This document shows positions 10,429 to 20,431 of a stretch of DNA of 64,000 nt, piece by piece. Source of the DNA: Cellvibrionales bacterium UBA4451 (lineage in GTDB: Bacteria > Pseudomonadota > Gammaproteobacteria > Pseudomonadales > Porticoccaceae). The notes beneath the pieces were generated by a model. The model was not told where the DNA came from and ran no database searches. It was given only the letters and a program-made list of their open reading frames with translations. Position 1 is the first letter of the stretch. Each line of letters begins with the position of its first letter. A program made the position numbers and the translations under genes. The stretch lies in contig DGPB01000009.1 of the NCBI GenBank assembly GCA_002390285.1, positions 89,454 through 153,453 of the forward strand. Direction: 5' to 3'.

Positions 10429-12066
10429 GTGGAACGTGAATATATGGATTACGATGTTGTCATCGTCGGTGCGGGCCCCGCAGGTTTGTCAGCCGCCTGC
10501 CGTCTGAAACAGATCAATGCAGAACTTTCCATTGTTTTAGTGGAAAAAGGTTCTGAAGTGGGTGCTCATATTCTATCAGGTGCCGTATTTGAGCCCACGG
10601 CACTTAATGAGCTATTCCCTGATTGGAAAGAAGTGGGTGCACCTCTGAACACTGAGGTGAAAGACGATAATATTTATGTTTTAACAGAAAACCAGGGGCT
10701 TAAAATCCCATCATTCTTTGCTCCCAAAACGATGCACAATCAGGGTAACTACATCATCAGCCTGGGCAACCTTTGTCGTTGGTTAGCAGAGCAGGCTGAA
10801 AATTTAGGTATCGAAATATTCCCAGGTTTTGCCGTTGCTGATGTTCTTTATGATGAGAATGCTGCCGTCACAGGGGTTGTTACAGGTGACATGGGTGTTG
10901 GTCCGAATGGAGAACATAAAGATGCCTACATGCAAGGTATGGAGTTACGTGGCAAATACACGTTATTTGCCGAAGGTTGCCGCGGCCATCTAGGTAAGCA
11001 GCTTATTGAAAAATTCTCACTCGACACCGGCTCAGAAGCACAGCACTATGGATTGGGAATCAAGGAGTTATGGTCAATACCTACAAAACAACATAAAGAA
11101 GGCCTAGTGATTCATACGGCAGGCTGGCCTCTTGATGAGAGCAGCTCTTCTGGCGGTGGATTTTTGTATCATTTGGAAAATAACCAAGTGGCAGTGGGCT
11201 TAATCACCGACCTCTCCTACTCCAACCCACATGTGAGTCCATTCGACGAATTTCAACGCTACAAACACCACCCGGTTATTAGTCAGCATCTGAATGGTGG
11301 TGAACGTATTTCCTATGGTGCCCGCGCTCTGGTCAAGGGTGGCTTACAATCCCAACCTAAAATGACATTTCCTGGCGGATTATTAATTGGTGACAATGCG
11401 GGAACGCTGAACTTTGCCAAGATCAAGGGTATTCACTGCGCTATGAAATCCGGCATGCTTGCTGCGGAATCGGTAGCAGTGGCTATCAGCACTGAGCGGA
11501 AACATGATGAGCTTACCGAATATACCGTTGCTTATAAAGCTAGCTGGGCCTACAAAGAGCTTCACCTACAGCGTAATTTTGGTCCTGCTCAGCACAAGTG
11601 GGGAAATATTCTTGGCTCAGCTTATGCCTTCATTGATATCAACCTATTCAACGGTAAGCTGCCCTGGACACTGAAAGACCCAAAACCCGATCACTCCAAG
11701 CTAAAATTAGCAGCCGAATGTAAAAAAATTGATTACCCAAAGCCTGATAACAAGCTCAGCTTTGACAAACTGACGTCAGTATTCCTATCGAACACCAATC
11801 ATGAAGAAGCACAACCCTGTCACCTGATCTTAAAAAATGCAGATGTGCCTATTAGTCACAACCTGCCGTTATTTGATGAACCTGCTCAGCGTTATTGCCC
11901 AGCTGGTGTCTATGAGGTTATTGATAAAGAGGATGGCTCCAAGCAGTTTCAGATAAACGCGCAGAACTGTGTCCACTGTAAAACCTGTGATATTAAGGAC
12001 CCAACCCAGAATATTGTGTGGGTAGCGCCTGAAGGCTCTGGTGGACCTAATTATCCCAATATGTAA
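10429..12066 (+). CDS. ETF-ubiquinone oxidoreductase
   Basis: IVGAGPAGL FAD site; C-terminal 4Fe-4S 'RYCPAGVYE...NCVHCKTCDIKDP'; divergent from etfB. Confidence 0.96.
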   Translation: MEREYMDYDVVIVGAGPAGLSAACRLKQINAELSIVLVEKGSEVGAHILSGAVFEPTALNELFPDWKEVGAPLNTEVKDDNIYVLTENQGLKIPSFFAPKTMHNQGNYIISLGNLCRWLAEQAENLGIEIFPGFAVADVLYDENAAVTGVVTGDMGVGPNGEHKDAYMQGMELRGKYTLFAEGCRGHLGKQLIEKFSLDTGSEAQHYGLGIKELWSIPTKQHKEGLVIHTAGWPLDESSSSGGGFLYHLENNQVAVGLITDLSYSNPHVSPFDEFQRYKHHPVISQHLNGGERISYGARALVKGGLQSQPKMTFPGGLLIGDNAGTLNFAKIKGIHCAMKSGMLAAESVAVAISTERKHDELTEYTVAYKASWAYKELHLQRNFGPAQHKWGNILGSAYAFIDINLFNGKLPWTLKDPKPDHSKLKLAAECKKIDYPKPDNKLSFDKLTSVFLSNTNHEEAQPCHLILKNADVPISHNLPLFDEPAQRYCPAGVYEVIDKEDGSKQFQINAQNCVHCKTCDIKDPTQNIVWVAPEGSGGPNYPNM

Positions 12067-12072
12067 TCTCAA

Positions 12073-12108
12073 CCGTTAAAAAACCGGCCTCTAGGCCCCT
12101 TTTAACGG
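12073..12108. terminator. Stem-loop/terminator after ETF-QO
   Basis: CCGTTAAAA...GGCCT-CT-AGGCC...TTTTAACGG. Confidence 0.6.
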
Positions 12109-12247
12109 AAGCCGATACTCATTCACTATCTCGCATCTATCGAAAGTAAGAAGCCTAAAAAATCAGCTTTTTTTACTGTTCTAGTATGGAGGTGATTAGG
12201 GATTAATAAGATTGTTTAAAATCATCGTGGTGGTACTACAGCTGAGC

Positions 12248-12913
12248 CTAGAAGAGCTTATTGTCACGTAGCTGACCACGGTTTCCCATGGTAATACCAA
12301 TATTGGCTACAAACTGAAGGAACTCGTCCTTGTCTTCAACATCTGCACCGTAGCTGACATTGAAGTAGGCCTCCACCGCTCCTTGAGCCAGAGCCCAACA
12401 AGCTAGATAGTGATAATGTGGTGGGACATCTTCAAGTATTCCCTTGTTGATGAGCTTGGCTATCATACTGTTTAGAGCATCAATGTTGGATCGGCGCATT
12501 GCGTGCAATTCTGACAGTTTACTCTCTACCTCTTCACTTCCTTGTAATTTGACCTCCAGTTGTTGAACCAGCCTATCCAGTCCAGGATCTGACAACCTAG
12601 CTTGAAAATAGGCGCGAGCTGCTGCACCCGGGTCTCCAGCTTCAGTCGCCTCAATACCAATCCGAAGGTTTTCTGTGATACTTCTCTCGTAGTCGAGAAC
12701 GATGCGCATCAGAATTTCGGTTTTGGTGAGGAAGTGCTTGTAGATAGTCCCTTTACCGACACCTGCTTCTCGAGAAATTGCTGAGACTGTTACCTTATCT
12801 ATACCATCTCGAATTAACAGGTATAAGGCTCTTTCTATAATTCGCTCTTCGCGCGCGAGGAAGTGCTTCTTCTTTTCGCGGATTCTGTCTGTACTGTCGG
12901 ACGGTCTAGACAT
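12248..12913 (-). CDS. TetR/AcrR-family transcriptional regulator
   Basis: HTH 'VTVSAISREAGVGKGTIYKHF'. Confidence 0.9.
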   Translation of the reverse strand: MSRPSDSTDRIREKKKHFLAREERIIERALYLLIRDGIDKVTVSAISREAGVGKGTIYKHFLTKTEILMRIVLDYERSITENLRIGIEATEAGDPGAAARAYFQARLSDPGLDRLVQQLEVKLQGSEEVESKLSELHAMRRSNIDALNSMIAKLINKGILEDVPPHYHYLACWALAQGAVEAYFNVSYGADVEDKDEFLQFVANIGITMGNRGQLRDNKLF

Positions 12914-13171
12914 TGATGGCTATTTTTATTTCGTCAGCGGGCGCTGATTGTCTGATGAAAACCAAAAGGCTGTCAATGGTCACGTTCGCTATTAGCCAAA
13001 TATAGGGTGATATGGGTGAGTCATCAATACGGATCGTAGGCAGCTAAACATAATATTCAATGCTATAACTCAGTTAACTCGTGTCTAGGCGTACCAAACT
13101 ATGGTGACCCTATTCTTTCCCTCAGGTATATTATATTCAGAATAAGTAAGACAACGCTCCCTGGATCAGAC

Positions 13172-14104
13172 ATGACGAGCAGTAAAAAAATAAATTTTAC
13201 TCCTATCCTTATTATATTTTTTAGCGTGATTATCTTGTCGAAATCGGTAAAAGCACTAGATGTAGAACCAGGGCTCTGGGCCCATATTCCCGTTGAAAGA
13301 CACTTCATAGGTATGGGTTATGTAAAGACTGAAGCAGACATCTTGTTTGACCCCACCTTGAAATTAGAAGATGTTGAGATGGATATGGATACCTGAGTCG
13401 CTAAATATATCTATAGTTTCGAAAGCTTTGGAAAAAGCTCACGGATTGACATCACCCAAGGCTATCAAGAAGGACATTGGAAAGGGTTATTAGACGGGGC
13501 TTATGCTGAAACTACACGCAACGGACCATCAGATAGTTTTATACGTTATGCCATCAGTCTCTACGGTGCTCCTCCATTAAAATCAGGTGATTATGTGGCG
13601 TACAGGAGAAAGCAGGATGGTGAAACCATTGTAGGTGCAGGATTAGCCGTTAGGTTACCAACCGGTGATTACGACAAAGACCTTTTAATCAATCTCGGAC
13701 AAAATCGTTTTGCATTTCGTCCACAGCTTGGTATTGAGCATAACCGTGGTCCGTGGACGTTTGAGGCCACATCAGAGGTGGCCTTCTATACCAGTAACAA
13801 TGAGTTTTATAACGGCAATCGTCTAGAGCAAGACCCAACACTTACGCTTGGCGCAAGTGCTGAGTACACCTATCGTCCAGGATTGCGTGGAACAATTGGC
13901 TTTGCATACGATTATGGTGGAGAAACATCGGTTAATGACGCAAGAAATGACGACCGCAAACAGAATGTAGGCTGGTCAGCGAGTATCTCCTATCCATTAG
14001 GCCCTACATCTGGCGTTAAGTTTGCTTGGGTCAAAACTGAAACCCAAGAATCTACGGGACTAGATTCGGAGTCTTTTGTTTTTGCTATTGTGACAAGCTT
14101 TTAG
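13172..14104 (+). pseudogene. Outer-membrane 'transporter' (MetA-pathway/phenol degradation-like beta-barrel) interrupted by one in-frame TGA at 13394-13396
   Basis: ORFs 13172..13396 and 13595..14104 are in the same frame. The intervening sequence is open (VAKYIYSFESFGKSSRIDITQGYQEGHW...). LPTGDYDKDLLINLGQNR motif; terminal Phe. Confidence 0.8.
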
Positions 14105-14354
14105 TGTTATACCGAACTTCTGGATCATAGCCGGAGGATTTTGAAAAAAATGACTGCCATATGGTTTTACTATCACAGCGGTAATAATTTACTTTTGCTT
14201 CGAAGGCAGCTTGATGGCAGCGTTTGTGCGTCATAAATCCTGTTTCTTGTACAAAAAAGTCTTCAGTAAATAAATCGGCCTTAACCACCAAATCATACGT
14301 CGGGTAAAATAGTGTTACGCCGACTAATGCTAGAATAATCAGTATAGCTTTCAT
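14085..14354 (-). CDS. Small hypothetical exported/membrane-anchored protein
   Basis: GGAG RBS before ATG at 14354; N-terminal hydrophobic stretch; two Cys; no recognised family. Confidence 0.55.
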   Translation of the reverse strand: MKAILIILALVGVTLFYPTYDLVVKADLFTEDFFVQETGFMTHKRCHQAAFEAKVNYYRCDSKTIWQSFFSKSSGYDPEVRYNTKSLSQ

Positions 14355-14443
14355 AGGTAGCTCCATCTCCGCGAAATTTACAGTGTCGCATTATATAGTT
14401 AGTATTCAGGACCGTGGTTCTAAAAAGTGCATTTTTTAACGAA

Positions 14444-15616
14444 TTACTCCCCTAGCTTTAATCTTTTATCTCTTAACCAAAACCAGACGATGATCATAGC
14501 GATAAAACTGGCTAGTGCTCCGATATTGAAAGCCCACAATGGCTGTATATCCCAGATAACCCCAGCTAAATATGATCCCAGTGCCCCGCCCGCCCCAAAG
14601 CAAAAAGCACTGTATAGAGCTTGAGCTTTTCCTTGGTTAGCCGGTTCAAACAAACGACGAATACAATCTATGGCAGCGGCATGAAACGCACCAAAGGTGA
14701 ACGCATGAAAGATTTGAGCTAACACTAACAGTAACAATTGCTCTGTGCCGTAGCCAATAAGTAGCCAGCGTAGCGTGGCTATAAACAGGCAGCCAAGCAT
14801 AATCTCCCTAACGCCGAACCGAAGTAGCAATCGATGCATCAAGATAAAAAGAAAGACTTCCGCTACGACGCCAACTGACCATAGCATGCCAATACCACTT
14901 CGACTGTAGCCAAAAGATTCCATATAGAGGCTGAAAAAACTGTAGTAAATACCATGAGAAAACTGCATCAGTAGCCCTGCTAGGAGGAAGGCAAGAACAG
15001 CAGGTTGCTTTAGAGTCGCCCTGAATTTATGAGCCGCCTTCTCATGACGTTGATGATGAGGATTAGGTACGAATAAACTGCTGAGAAAGATACCCGCCAG
15101 AAGTATTAGGCCAATGATGGGCAATGTTTGAATATCGTGGGTATCAAACCAAAAGCCACTGCCCAGAACGAAAATGATAAAGCCGATTGATCCCCATAAG
15201 CGAATTCGACTATAGGTTTCCGGTCGTTGGCGAAGAAAACTGATAGTGATAACTTCATGTTGGGGCAGTATGGCATTCCAAAAAAAACTGTAGCCCGCTA
15301 ATACTAATGCTATTGACCAAAATTTCTGGTCGATAAATAGTCCGATAAAACAGAGGAATGAGAGCAAGGCACCCAGACGAATGATCAGTAGCCTTTTGCC
15401 TGTGTAGTCGGCGAGCCAGCCCCAAAGGTTTGGAGCAACAATTTTGGTCGCCATGGGAATGGCCAGTAAAAGGCCTATGTCAGCAGAGGAAAACCCTTGA
15501 GACTTTAGGTAGAGGGACCAGTAGGGGTAAAGAGCGCCGAGAAGGCCAAAAAAGCAAAAATAAAAGGCCGATAATCGCCAGTAAGGGACCGCTGGTTGCG
15601 CCTTTTCTCCTACCAT
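14444..15616 (-). CDS. MFS transporter (HcaT/nucleoside:H+ symporter-like)
   Basis: About 12 TM helices; 'YWRLSAFYF', 'YSRIRLWGSIGF'; downstream of aroC. Confidence 0.85.
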   Translation of the reverse strand: MVGEKAQPAVPYWRLSAFYFCFFGLLGALYPYWSLYLKSQGFSSADIGLLLAIPMATKIVAPNLWGWLADYTGKRLLIIRLGALLSFLCFIGLFIDQKFWSIALVLAGYSFFWNAILPQHEVITISFLRQRPETYSRIRLWGSIGFIIFVLGSGFWFDTHDIQTLPIIGLILLAGIFLSSLFVPNPHHQRHEKAAHKFRATLKQPAVLAFLLAGLLMQFSHGIYYSFFSLYMESFGYSRSGIGMLWSVGVVAEVFLFILMHRLLLRFGVREIMLGCLFIATLRWLLIGYGTEQLLLLVLAQIFHAFTFGAFHAAAIDCIRRLFEPANQGKAQALYSAFCFGAGGALGSYLAGVIWDIQPLWAFNIGALASFIAMIIVWFWLRDKRLKLGE

Positions 15617-15619
15617 TGG

Positions 15620-16723
15620 TTAACTAGTTTTTGGGCGTGTATGCAGTTCTAGGCCCGTATTAACATCAGCGTTTTGAGCACGATTTCGTAGAAAATGATC
15701 CATCAGAGTGATCGCTAGCATAGCTTCTGCTATAGGCGTAGCACGAATACCAACACAGGGGTCATGACGACCTTTGGTGATAACCTCAATGGGGTTACCG
15801 TGCACGTCCACCGAGCGTCCGGGAATACGGAGGCTACTTGTAGGTTTCAATGCGATGTGAGCAATAATGGTTTGCCCCGAAGAGATACCACCGAGGATTC
15901 CACCGGCATTATTAGAAAGAAAACCTTCAGGGGTGATTTCATCACGGTGTTCGGTGCCTGTTTGGGCAACAGAATCAAACCCAGCACCAATTTCAACACC
16001 TTTTACCGCATTGATACTCATCAGGGAGTGAGCAATCTCAGCATCGAGACGGTCAAAAACGGGCTCTCCCAAACCTTCTGGAACATTAGTGGCAGTTACT
16101 GTTATTCGAGCACCAATAGAATTCCCATCCTTTAGCAATTTCTGCATAAAGGCTTCCATCTCCGGCACTTTGTCCGGATCTGGACAGAAAAAAGGGTTAT
16201 TTGACACTTCTTCCAACAAGACTTTTTCAGCTTTAATTGGGCCTAACTGGGACAGATAACCCTGTACCTCAATACCCATTTTTTGTTTTAGGTATTTCTT
16301 GGCAATGGCCCCGGCCGCTACCCGCATGGCAGTTTCACGAGCTGATGCTCGACCACCACCTCGGTAATCACGAAAACCGTATTTCTGATGATAGGTATAG
16401 TCAGCGTGGGCCGGACGGAACTGGTCTTTAATGTTCGAGTAATCCTTGGAGCGTTGGTCGGTGTTTTCAATGACCAGTCCAATGGAAGTACCCGTGGTTT
16501 TCCCCTCAAAGACACCGGAAAGAATTTTGACCACATCCCCTTCCTGGCGTTGTGTGGTATAACGCGACTGGCCGGGCTTGCGACGATCTAGATCGTGCTG
16601 CATATCCTCGACAGATAGCTCAAGCCCTGGAGGACAACCATCGACAATACAGCCAAGCGATGGCCCGTGGCTTTCGCCAAACGTGGTCACAGTAAATAGC
16701 TTGCCAATAGTATTGCCTGACAT
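15620..16723 (-). CDS. aroC: Chorismate synthase
   Basis: [24 protein letters not shown] and GRHDPCV motifs. Confidence 0.97.
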   Translation of the reverse strand: MSGNTIGKLFTVTTFGESHGPSLGCIVDGCPPGLELSVEDMQHDLDRRKPGQSRYTTQRQEGDVVKILSGVFEGKTTGTSIGLVIENTDQRSKDYSNIKDQFRPAHADYTYHQKYGFRDYRGGGRASARETAMRVAAGAIAKKYLKQKMGIEVQGYLSQLGPIKAEKVLLEEVSNNPFFCPDPDKVPEMEAFMQKLLKDGNSIGARITVTATNVPEGLGEPVFDRLDAEIAHSLMSINAVKGVEIGAGFDSVAQTGTEHRDEITPEGFLSNNAGGILGGISSGQTIIAHIALKPTSSLRIPGRSVDVHGNPIEVITKGRHDPCVGIRATPIAEAMLAITLMDHFLRNRAQNADVNTGLELHTRPKTS

Positions 16724-16831
16724 AACAACTTCCAAATTTAGAATATTAACGTCTTTTATAGTGCTCAGCTGTCCGAGCTAAAACTATTAGAGAACAATAG
16801 TGGATATTATACGATGATTATTCTTATGTCG

Positions 16832-17752
16832 TTACGATGAAATAAATTCTTCTCGGTGTTCAAAAAGCTGTTCTGCGGTTAAGAGGAAGATACCGTGCCC
16901 TCCCCGCTCAAATTCCAACCACATAAAAGGTACATGTGGGAATGCCTCCTCCAGTGCAGTCGAGGAATTACCAACTTCTACCACCAGTATTCCTTGCTCG
17001 TTCAGGTGTTCCCCAGCTTCTAGCAACAACTGACGGGTAAAGTCGAGTCCGTCAGTACCTGATGCCAGGCCAATTTCAGGTTCATGGTGATATTCACGGG
17101 GCATTTCTGCTAGGTCTTCTGCATCAACGTAGGGTGGATTCGTGACAATTAAGTCGAACCGACGTGATTCAAGTCCTGAAAACATATCCGAATGTACAGT
17201 ACTGACTCGATTAACCAACTGGTGAAGGAAGATGTTTTCCTCAGCAACAGCCAGTGCATCGGTTGAGATGTCACTCAACGTGACATTGGCATCTGGAAAA
17301 TAGTGTGCGCAGGCTATACCGATACAACCACTACCCGTGCAGAGATCTAGAATGCTCTTTGGGAGCTTAACGAGCCAGGGTTGAAACTGTGCTTCAATTA
17401 ATTCGGCAATAGGTGAGCGTGGGATCAGTACGCGCGGATCGACGTTAAATTTAAAGCCTGCGAACCAAGCTTCACCGGTAAGGTACGGCGCTGGCACTAA
17501 TTCTTTAATACGTCGGTTAAATAAGCGCGTAATATCTGCTTTTTCTTCAGTTGAGAGGGGCTGCTCCAAAATAGTACTATCAGAATCCCAAGGTAGTGAT
17601 AGTGAAAATAGTACTAAGGCAAGGGATTCATCCCAGGCATTGTCAGTCCCATGGCCAAAAAAGAGGCCCTCTTCATCAAACGTCTCTGCCCCACATCGAA
17701 TAAAATCACCGATGGTTATCAGGTTTTCTGGCATCTTTTGCATGGCGTCCAT
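16832..17752 (-). CDS. prmB: Ribosomal protein L3 N5-glutamine methyltransferase
   Basis: [35 protein letters not shown] motifs. Confidence 0.95.
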   Translation of the reverse strand: MDAMQKMPENLITIGDFIRCGAETFDEEGLFFGHGTDNAWDESLALVLFSLSLPWDSDSTILEQPLSTEEKADITRLFNRRIKELVPAPYLTGEAWFAGFKFNVDPRVLIPRSPIAELIEAQFQPWLVKLPKSILDLCTGSGCIGIACAHYFPDANVTLSDISTDALAVAEENIFLHQLVNRVSTVHSDMFSGLESRRFDLIVTNPPYVDAEDLAEMPREYHHEPEIGLASGTDGLDFTRQLLLEAGEHLNEQGILVVEVGNSSTALEEAFPHVPFMWLEFERGGHGIFLLTAEQLFEHREEFISS

Positions 17753-17831
17753 TGTAGCGGGACAACAGATAAATGGCTTTACGTTTCTGGCAGGCTCACG
17801 TACGGTTACGTACCCAAAACCACTACCTTTT

Positions 17832-18392
17832 ATGAGAATTATGTTGAATACTTCTGATAGTTACACCCAGATTATTGAATCTACCGGCGAAGACATCTCT
17901 CGCCCTGGATTGGTGGATACACCAAAGCGTGCAGCCAAGGCATTTGAGTTCCTTACTCGTGGCTATCATGAAACCTTAGCTGAGGTGATCAATGACGCGC
18001 TGTTTCCTTCAGAATTCAGTGAAATGGTCATCGTTAAGGATATTGAGCTCTATTCACTTTGTGAACATCACTTATTGCCCTTTATCGGTAAATGCCATGT
18101 CGCTTACATTCCCAACGGTAAAGTGCTTGGGCTATCTAAAGTGGCTCGCATAGTTGACATGTTCGCTCGCCGCCTTCAAATCCAGGAAACACTGGTTTCT
18201 CAGATTGCCAATACCATTGAGGAAGTTACCGATGCTCAGGGTGTTGCGGTGATTATTGAGGCCAAGCATATGTGTATGATGATGCGTGGAGTAGAAAAAC
18301 AGAACTCAGTAATGAAAACATCCTCAATGCTAGGCTCGTTCCGTGACAACCAGGCCACCCGTAGCGAGTTTCTTTCACTGATCAATTGTTAG
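17832..18392 (+). CDS. folE: GTP cyclohydrolase I
   Basis: [31 protein letters not shown] and HMCMMMRGV motifs. Start reassigned to ATG 17832 (or 17841). Confidence 0.95.
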   Translation: MRIMLNTSDSYTQIIESTGEDISRPGLVDTPKRAAKAFEFLTRGYHETLAEVINDALFPSEFSEMVIVKDIELYSLCEHHLLPFIGKCHVAYIPNGKVLGLSKVARIVDMFARRLQIQETLVSQIANTIEEVTDAQGVAVIIEAKHMCMMMRGVEKQNSVMKTSSMLGSFRDNQATRSEFLSLINC

Positions 18393-18472
18393 TCACTGAT
18401 ATCTATCCATTCAGCCTAGCCATTATGTGGCTGGGCCGAGCTTAGCCTTTAATGCCTCAGCCGTTATAACTA

Positions 18473-18928
18473 TCAGGGGTGAGTTAACCACTGCATCTCA
18501 GCACAGCCGCGACCAAAAGTGATGGTGTTCAGACAGGCAAGCGAGCTGGTGTCGATTGACCATCCTATCCCCGGCTTATCTGTCAGGTATTCTAGTATCT
18601 GGCCAATAAGTGGCTGATGACTGAGGAGTAATACTCGTTCGACATCAAGGGTCTCAACACAATATTCCACCGCATTAATATGACCTTCGGAGCGCAGAGC
18701 ATCCTCAAAAAGCAATGCTTCCTGATAGTTTAGCGTATCCGTAAGTACTTTAAGTGTCTGCCTAGCTCGAAGAGTTGGACTACAGAGCACAAGCTGTAGT
18801 TGAGACAACACATCAATATGTTGTTGCACCACTTGACGGGTGTCTGTTTCACCCTGGGCTGACAATGAACGCTCACCACAGGACGAATCATAAGGCGCGT
18901 CACCGTGACGAAATAAGTAAATAAGCAT
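18473..18928 (-). CDS. sixA: Phosphohistidine phosphatase SixA-like
   Basis: RHGDA, CSPTLRARQT, LLLSHQP motifs. Confidence 0.85.
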   Translation of the reverse strand: MLIYLFRHGDAPYDSSCGERSLSAQGETDTRQVVQQHIDVLSQLQLVLCSPTLRARQTLKVLTDTLNYQEALLFEDALRSEGHINAVEYCVETLDVERVLLLSHQPLIGQILEYLTDKPGIGWSIDTSSLACLNTITFGRGCAEMQWLTHP

Positions 18929-18939
18929 GAGAACCGCTG

Positions 18940-19359
18940 TTACGCAGTTTTATTGTTGTCTTCGTTTTTTGGCTCTTCCTCGGTATCGACAAATGTTGGA
19001 ACGTCATCTAAATCTGAAGGTTCTTCAGTCGTTTCAGTTTCCACAAATTCAGCTTCAATTATATCTCCAGCTGGTGGAGGATCAATTTCTGGCCAATCTG
19101 AAAATGGAAATGGCTTATCATCACTATTGAAGGTAAGAAATAGAAAGACCTGATAGGACCACTTCGACGCACCCTGCCCCAGATCACGTAAATTATTATT
19201 ACCATCGCCCATCACGAGCAGCAGAATAAATTGCAAGATGGCAACAACCCAGATAACCATCCGAGCCACGACAGACAAGACCCCAAATAACACCATATAA
19301 AGCAGGCGAATCCAGGTATGAACATTCAGTAAATTGGTTTTTGTTTGTTGTTCCATCAT
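18940..19359 (-). CDS. DUF4389-like membrane protein
   Basis: 'WIRLLYMVLF', 'FLTFNSDDKPFPFSDWP'; between gpsA and sixA. Confidence 0.75.
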   Translation of the reverse strand: MMEQQTKTNLLNVHTWIRLLYMVLFGVLSVVARMVIWVVAILQFILLLVMGDGNNNLRDLGQGASKWSYQVFLFLTFNSDDKPFPFSDWPEIDPPPAGDIIEAEFVETETTEEPSDLDDVPTFVDTEEEPKNEDNNKTA

Positions 19360-20378
19360 TTTCCCACCGTAAATTCGACGTCAGTACTTTGTTCGGCCAG
19401 CATGAGGCCACTTAGTGCTTCTTGTACCGGCCGGTTATTAAACATGGTTTCATAGAGCGCGTTAACCAGTGGCATGTAGATGCCGAGCTGCTCTGCTTCT
19501 TCTTTGATGATACGGGTGGTATTGATACCTTCTGCGACCTGCCCTACCTTTTGAGTCGCCTCATCAATTGAAAGCCCTTCTCCCAAAGCGTAGCCCACCT
19601 GGAAATTTCTGCTAAGTGGAGAGGTACAGGTTACATATAGGTCACCCACTCCGCTTAAACCTAAAAATGTCATGGGGTTGGCGCCAAGGCTAGCAGCAAA
19701 GCGGCTCATTTCAGCAAGGCTACGAGTAATGAGTACGCTGACCGTATTTTGTCCCATCTTCATTGATGCAGTCATGCCTGCAGCAATGCCATAAATATTT
19801 TTGAGGGCACCGGCGAGCTCTACCCCAAAGCGATCATGATTAGCATACACTCTAAAGTATTTAGAGCTCAGTAGTGTTTGGACCTCTTTACAAAGGGAAT
19901 CGTCGGCACTCGCCACAACCGTCGCTGTAATGGCTTTCTGGGCTATTTCTTTCGCTAAATTTGGACCACTGATGACACCCACTCGAGCCTGGGGCAATTC
20001 ATCTTCCAAGATTTCACTCATTAATTTAAAGGTGTACGCCTCAATACCTTTAGCGGTACTAATAACCTTGGTTCCTGGAGCTATATGAGCGCTGGCCTGT
20101 TGAGCCAACTTGCGGAAGGCTTTACTGGGTACAGAAAAAAATACGGCCTCACGATCTTCAAGGCACTCTTCTAGATTGGAGGAAAATTGAAGGGAAGGCT
20201 CAAGCTGGTAACCAGGAAGGTACTGTGAGTTTTCACGGGTTCGATAACACTGCTTAGCATTTTCTTCATCACGCATCCATAGAACAACATCGTGGCCATT
20301 GGCGGCAATCATATTTGCGATGGCAGTACCAAAACTGCCACCACCGAGTACTGCTATGCGCTTTGTTACTGCCATCAC
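19356..20378 (-). CDS. gpsA: NAD(P)H-dependent glycerol-3-phosphate dehydrogenase
   Basis: GGGSFGTA, SGPNLAKE, ALKNIYGIA, GDLYVTC motifs. Confidence 0.95.
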   Translation of the reverse strand: MMAVTKRIAVLGGGSFGTAIANMIAANGHDVVLWMRDEENAKQCYRTRENSQYLPGYQLEPSLQFSSNLEECLEDREAVFFSVPSKAFRKLAQQASAHIAPGTKVISTAKGIEAYTFKLMSEILEDELPQARVGVISGPNLAKEIAQKAITATVVASADDSLCKEVQTLLSSKYFRVYANHDRFGVELAGALKNIYGIAAGMTASMKMGQNTVSVLITRSLAEMSRFAASLGANPMTFLGLSGVGDLYVTCTSPLSRNFQVGYALGEGLSIDEATQKVGQVAEGINTTRIIKEEAEQLGIYMPLVNALYETMFNNRPVQEALSGLMLAEQSTDVEFTVGK

Positions 20379-20431
20379 TGGGTTTCGATGTTGTCTATGT
20401 GGTGATTATAGGGCTATTGATAGGAATGTGG

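Noticed and set aside
12186-12200. Strong Shine-Dalgarno-like GGAGGTGA in the ETF-QO/tetR intergenic region
   Set aside because: No start codon at a suitable distance and no ORF follows.
13394-13439. Selenocysteine insertion (TGA plus GGAA-loop hairpin)
   Set aside because: No redox-motif context; the position fits Trp in a barrel protein; short hairpins occur by chance. Would need Cys in homologues and selABC in the genome.
17640-17831. N-terminal extension of folE overlapping prmB
   Set aside because: Overlaps a divergent gene's start and promoter; GTP cyclohydrolase homology begins after ATG 17832/17841.
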